DNA of 48,437 nucleotides from Oligoflexales bacterium (GTDB lineage Bacteria; Bdellovibrionota_B; Oligoflexia; Oligoflexales; Bog-1112): NCBI GenBank assembly GCA_045106415.1, contig JBGCEP010000009.1, positions 1 to 48,437 of the forward strand, read 5' to 3'. Shown piece by piece: positions 47,166 to 48,437 of this stretch (position 1 is its first letter; each line of letters starts with the position of its first letter). The notes under the pieces were generated by a model. It saw only the letters and a program-made list of their open reading frames with translations, ran no database searches and was not told where the DNA came from. The position numbers and the translations under genes were made by a program.

Positions 47166-47220
47166 CCTAAATTTTAAAAACCTTTCTCTTATAATGAGAG
47201 AAAGGTTTTTAAAATTTAGG
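47166..47220. repeat. perfect 24-bp inverted repeat (hairpin or bidirectional terminator) with TATAATG loop
   Basis: CCTAAATTTTAAAAACCTTTCTCT (47166-47189), loop TATAATG, AGAGAAAGGTTTTTAAAATTTAGG (47197-47220). Confidence 0.9.
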
Positions 47221-47228
47221 AGCTTCTG

Positions 47229-48089
47229 ATGAAGTTGGTATGTTTACTTGTTTTTACCTTTCTATATAGTCATCTTCAGGCAGAACCATATCGTAAAGCG
47301 GTTTCAGGGGATGTTGTTGTTTTGCCAAAGTTGTTTCCTAAGAAGAAGAAATTAGAGCTTTCAGCTCTTAATGTTGGAGTTCTTATGAATCAATCTTATG
47401 TGGATACAGTGGTGTTAAATGGTGGAGTTGGCTACCACTTAAGGGAAGATCTTGGTTTTAATGTTGAAGCGAGTCTTTTTTTGAATAGTGATCGTGCAGA
47501 ACGAACGTGTATTGAGTCTTTCTATAATGATCCAGATCGTATTTTAGGAAGTGTCTGTGGAGGGGCTAGTGGTCTTCAAGATCAAAACGGAGGAGATCTT
47601 GACGGTGTAAATTTTGGCCCAGCTTATGTTGCAGTACGAGAGTTGCAGTCTGTTCTATTGGCAAATGTTATTTATAGTCCTATTTATAGTAAGCAACTGG
47701 CTTTCGGAGATTCTGTTGCTTATTTTGATTTGTTTTTTGTAGCAGGGCTGGGTCTTGCGAATTCGTTGTTCTATCCAGAGACACTTACGCTTAAAAATGG
47801 ATTGCCATCACGTAAAAGAGTGTTGACGGAAGCGGAAAAAAATAAAGAAGGATGTCCTGATACGTATGGTGTCTGTGCTGATGATGCCGCAAGCGTCGTT
47901 GGGGTACTAGGTCGACCAGAAGCTTTAGCAGAGTCACATCCTGCCATGAATTTTGGGATGGGACAAAAGTTTCATGTGACGAAGAATTTTTATGTTGATG
48001 CTGAGATGAGAATGCTGATGCTTCTTGGAACATCCACAGGAATTGAGCCATTTTTTAGCTTATGGGTAGGGAGTGGGTTTCGTTTTTAA
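47229..48089 (+). CDS. outer membrane beta-barrel domain protein (TIGR04565-like, GltA/B/H-type)
   Basis: Signal peptide; VVV.PK.F.K.KKLELS, N...D...G.YH..E, YSPIY.K, YFDLF..AG.G and terminal aromatic GSGFRF. Confidence 0.75.
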   Translation: MKLVCLLVFTFLYSHLQAEPYRKAVSGDVVVLPKLFPKKKKLELSALNVGVLMNQSYVDTVVLNGGVGYHLREDLGFNVEASLFLNSDRAERTCIESFYNDPDRILGSVCGGASGLQDQNGGDLDGVNFGPAYVAVRELQSVLLANVIYSPIYSKQLAFGDSVAYFDLFFVAGLGLANSLFYPETLTLKNGLPSRKRVLTEAEKNKEGCPDTYGVCADDAASVVGVLGRPEALAESHPAMNFGMGQKFHVTKNFYVDAEMRMLMLLGTSTGIEPFFSLWVGSGFRF

Positions 48090-48092
48090 GCT

Positions 48093-48115
48093 GCCACCTT
48101 GCCAAGGATTGTGGC
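48093..48115 (+). terminator. possible hairpin after the OM barrel gene
   Basis: GCCAC...GTGGC arms immediately after the stop codon; poor U tract. Confidence 0.25.
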
Positions 48116-48437
48116 TGGATTGTTAATGAGGATTTGCACGTTAAAGGAACGATGAAGAACTTAAAGTTGGTGGAATCTGGAGTCGATATAGGATTTTGTG
48201 AGTTTATACCAGTAATACAAAATAACTGTGGTGTTTGAGGCGATTATTTGCAGCCTAAAAACGTTTTTATGTTGGTCTTACTCGCATATTTTTCTTATTT
48301 TGATAAATGATATTTATTTTATGTGATGAGTCTTAAAAGACAACTCGAATACAAAGCGAAGATAAAAAAGTCTCAGCTTATGGTTGTAGGTCGTTGTTTT
48401 CTTTAGTGTGTGTCATTCATTGCAACACACCCGAAGT

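Noticed and set aside
47149..47176. Sigma28-like TAAAATTT-N12-GCCGATTG on the minus strand pointing into pgm
   Set aside because: Spacing is off by one, it points antisense with no gene to drive, and the -35 is part of the AT-rich palindrome.
48090..48437. Terminal non-coding stretch as CRISPR leader or ncRNA (GTGTG...CACAC hairpin at the very end)
   Set aside because: No repeat-spacer units, no cas genes and no recognisable RNA family motif; truncated by the window edge.

Overview
Bacterial chromosomal segment, probably one whole contig, opening inside an IS1634-type transposase. The gene content (TIGR04565-like outer-membrane barrel, receiver-PilZ proteins, one-Cys DksA, HEAT/TPR/PEGA lipoproteins) suggests Bdellovibrionota, possibly Oligoflexia; this is an inference, not a database result. 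Most of the window is housekeeping: dapF, LPS core genes (gmhB, waaA, a GT9 heptosyltransferase), rng, sfsA, fliK-flgD, rplU-rpmA-obgE-nadD-rsfS-rlmH, mutS, dksA, glmU(N-domain only)-glmS-uvrD-ftsB, alr, rpmH-rnpA-yidD-yidC-jag-mnmE and pgm. Five things stand out. (1) A gene for a probably exported ankyrin-repeat protein with a complete RING-H2 finger (37692-38741), a eukaryote-type E3 ubiquitin ligase architecture, sitting where dnaA normally lies. (2) An AT-rich, tightly coupled seven-gene envelope operon (8299-16488): membrane protein, SH3 lipoprotein, beta-sandwich lipoprotein, 920-aa multi-domain PEGA/TPR lipoprotein, TolB-like propeller, orphan family-5 solute-binding protein and a pseudo-receiver-PilZ protein. 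(3) An aldehyde dehydrogenase homologue missing several catalytic residues. (4) A GlmU without its acetyltransferase domain. (5) A perfect 24-bp inverted repeat with TATAAT in its loop, overlapping the ribosome-binding site of a gliding-type OM barrel gene. I found no rRNA, tRNA or CRISPR array. All family assignments come from motif recognition by eye.
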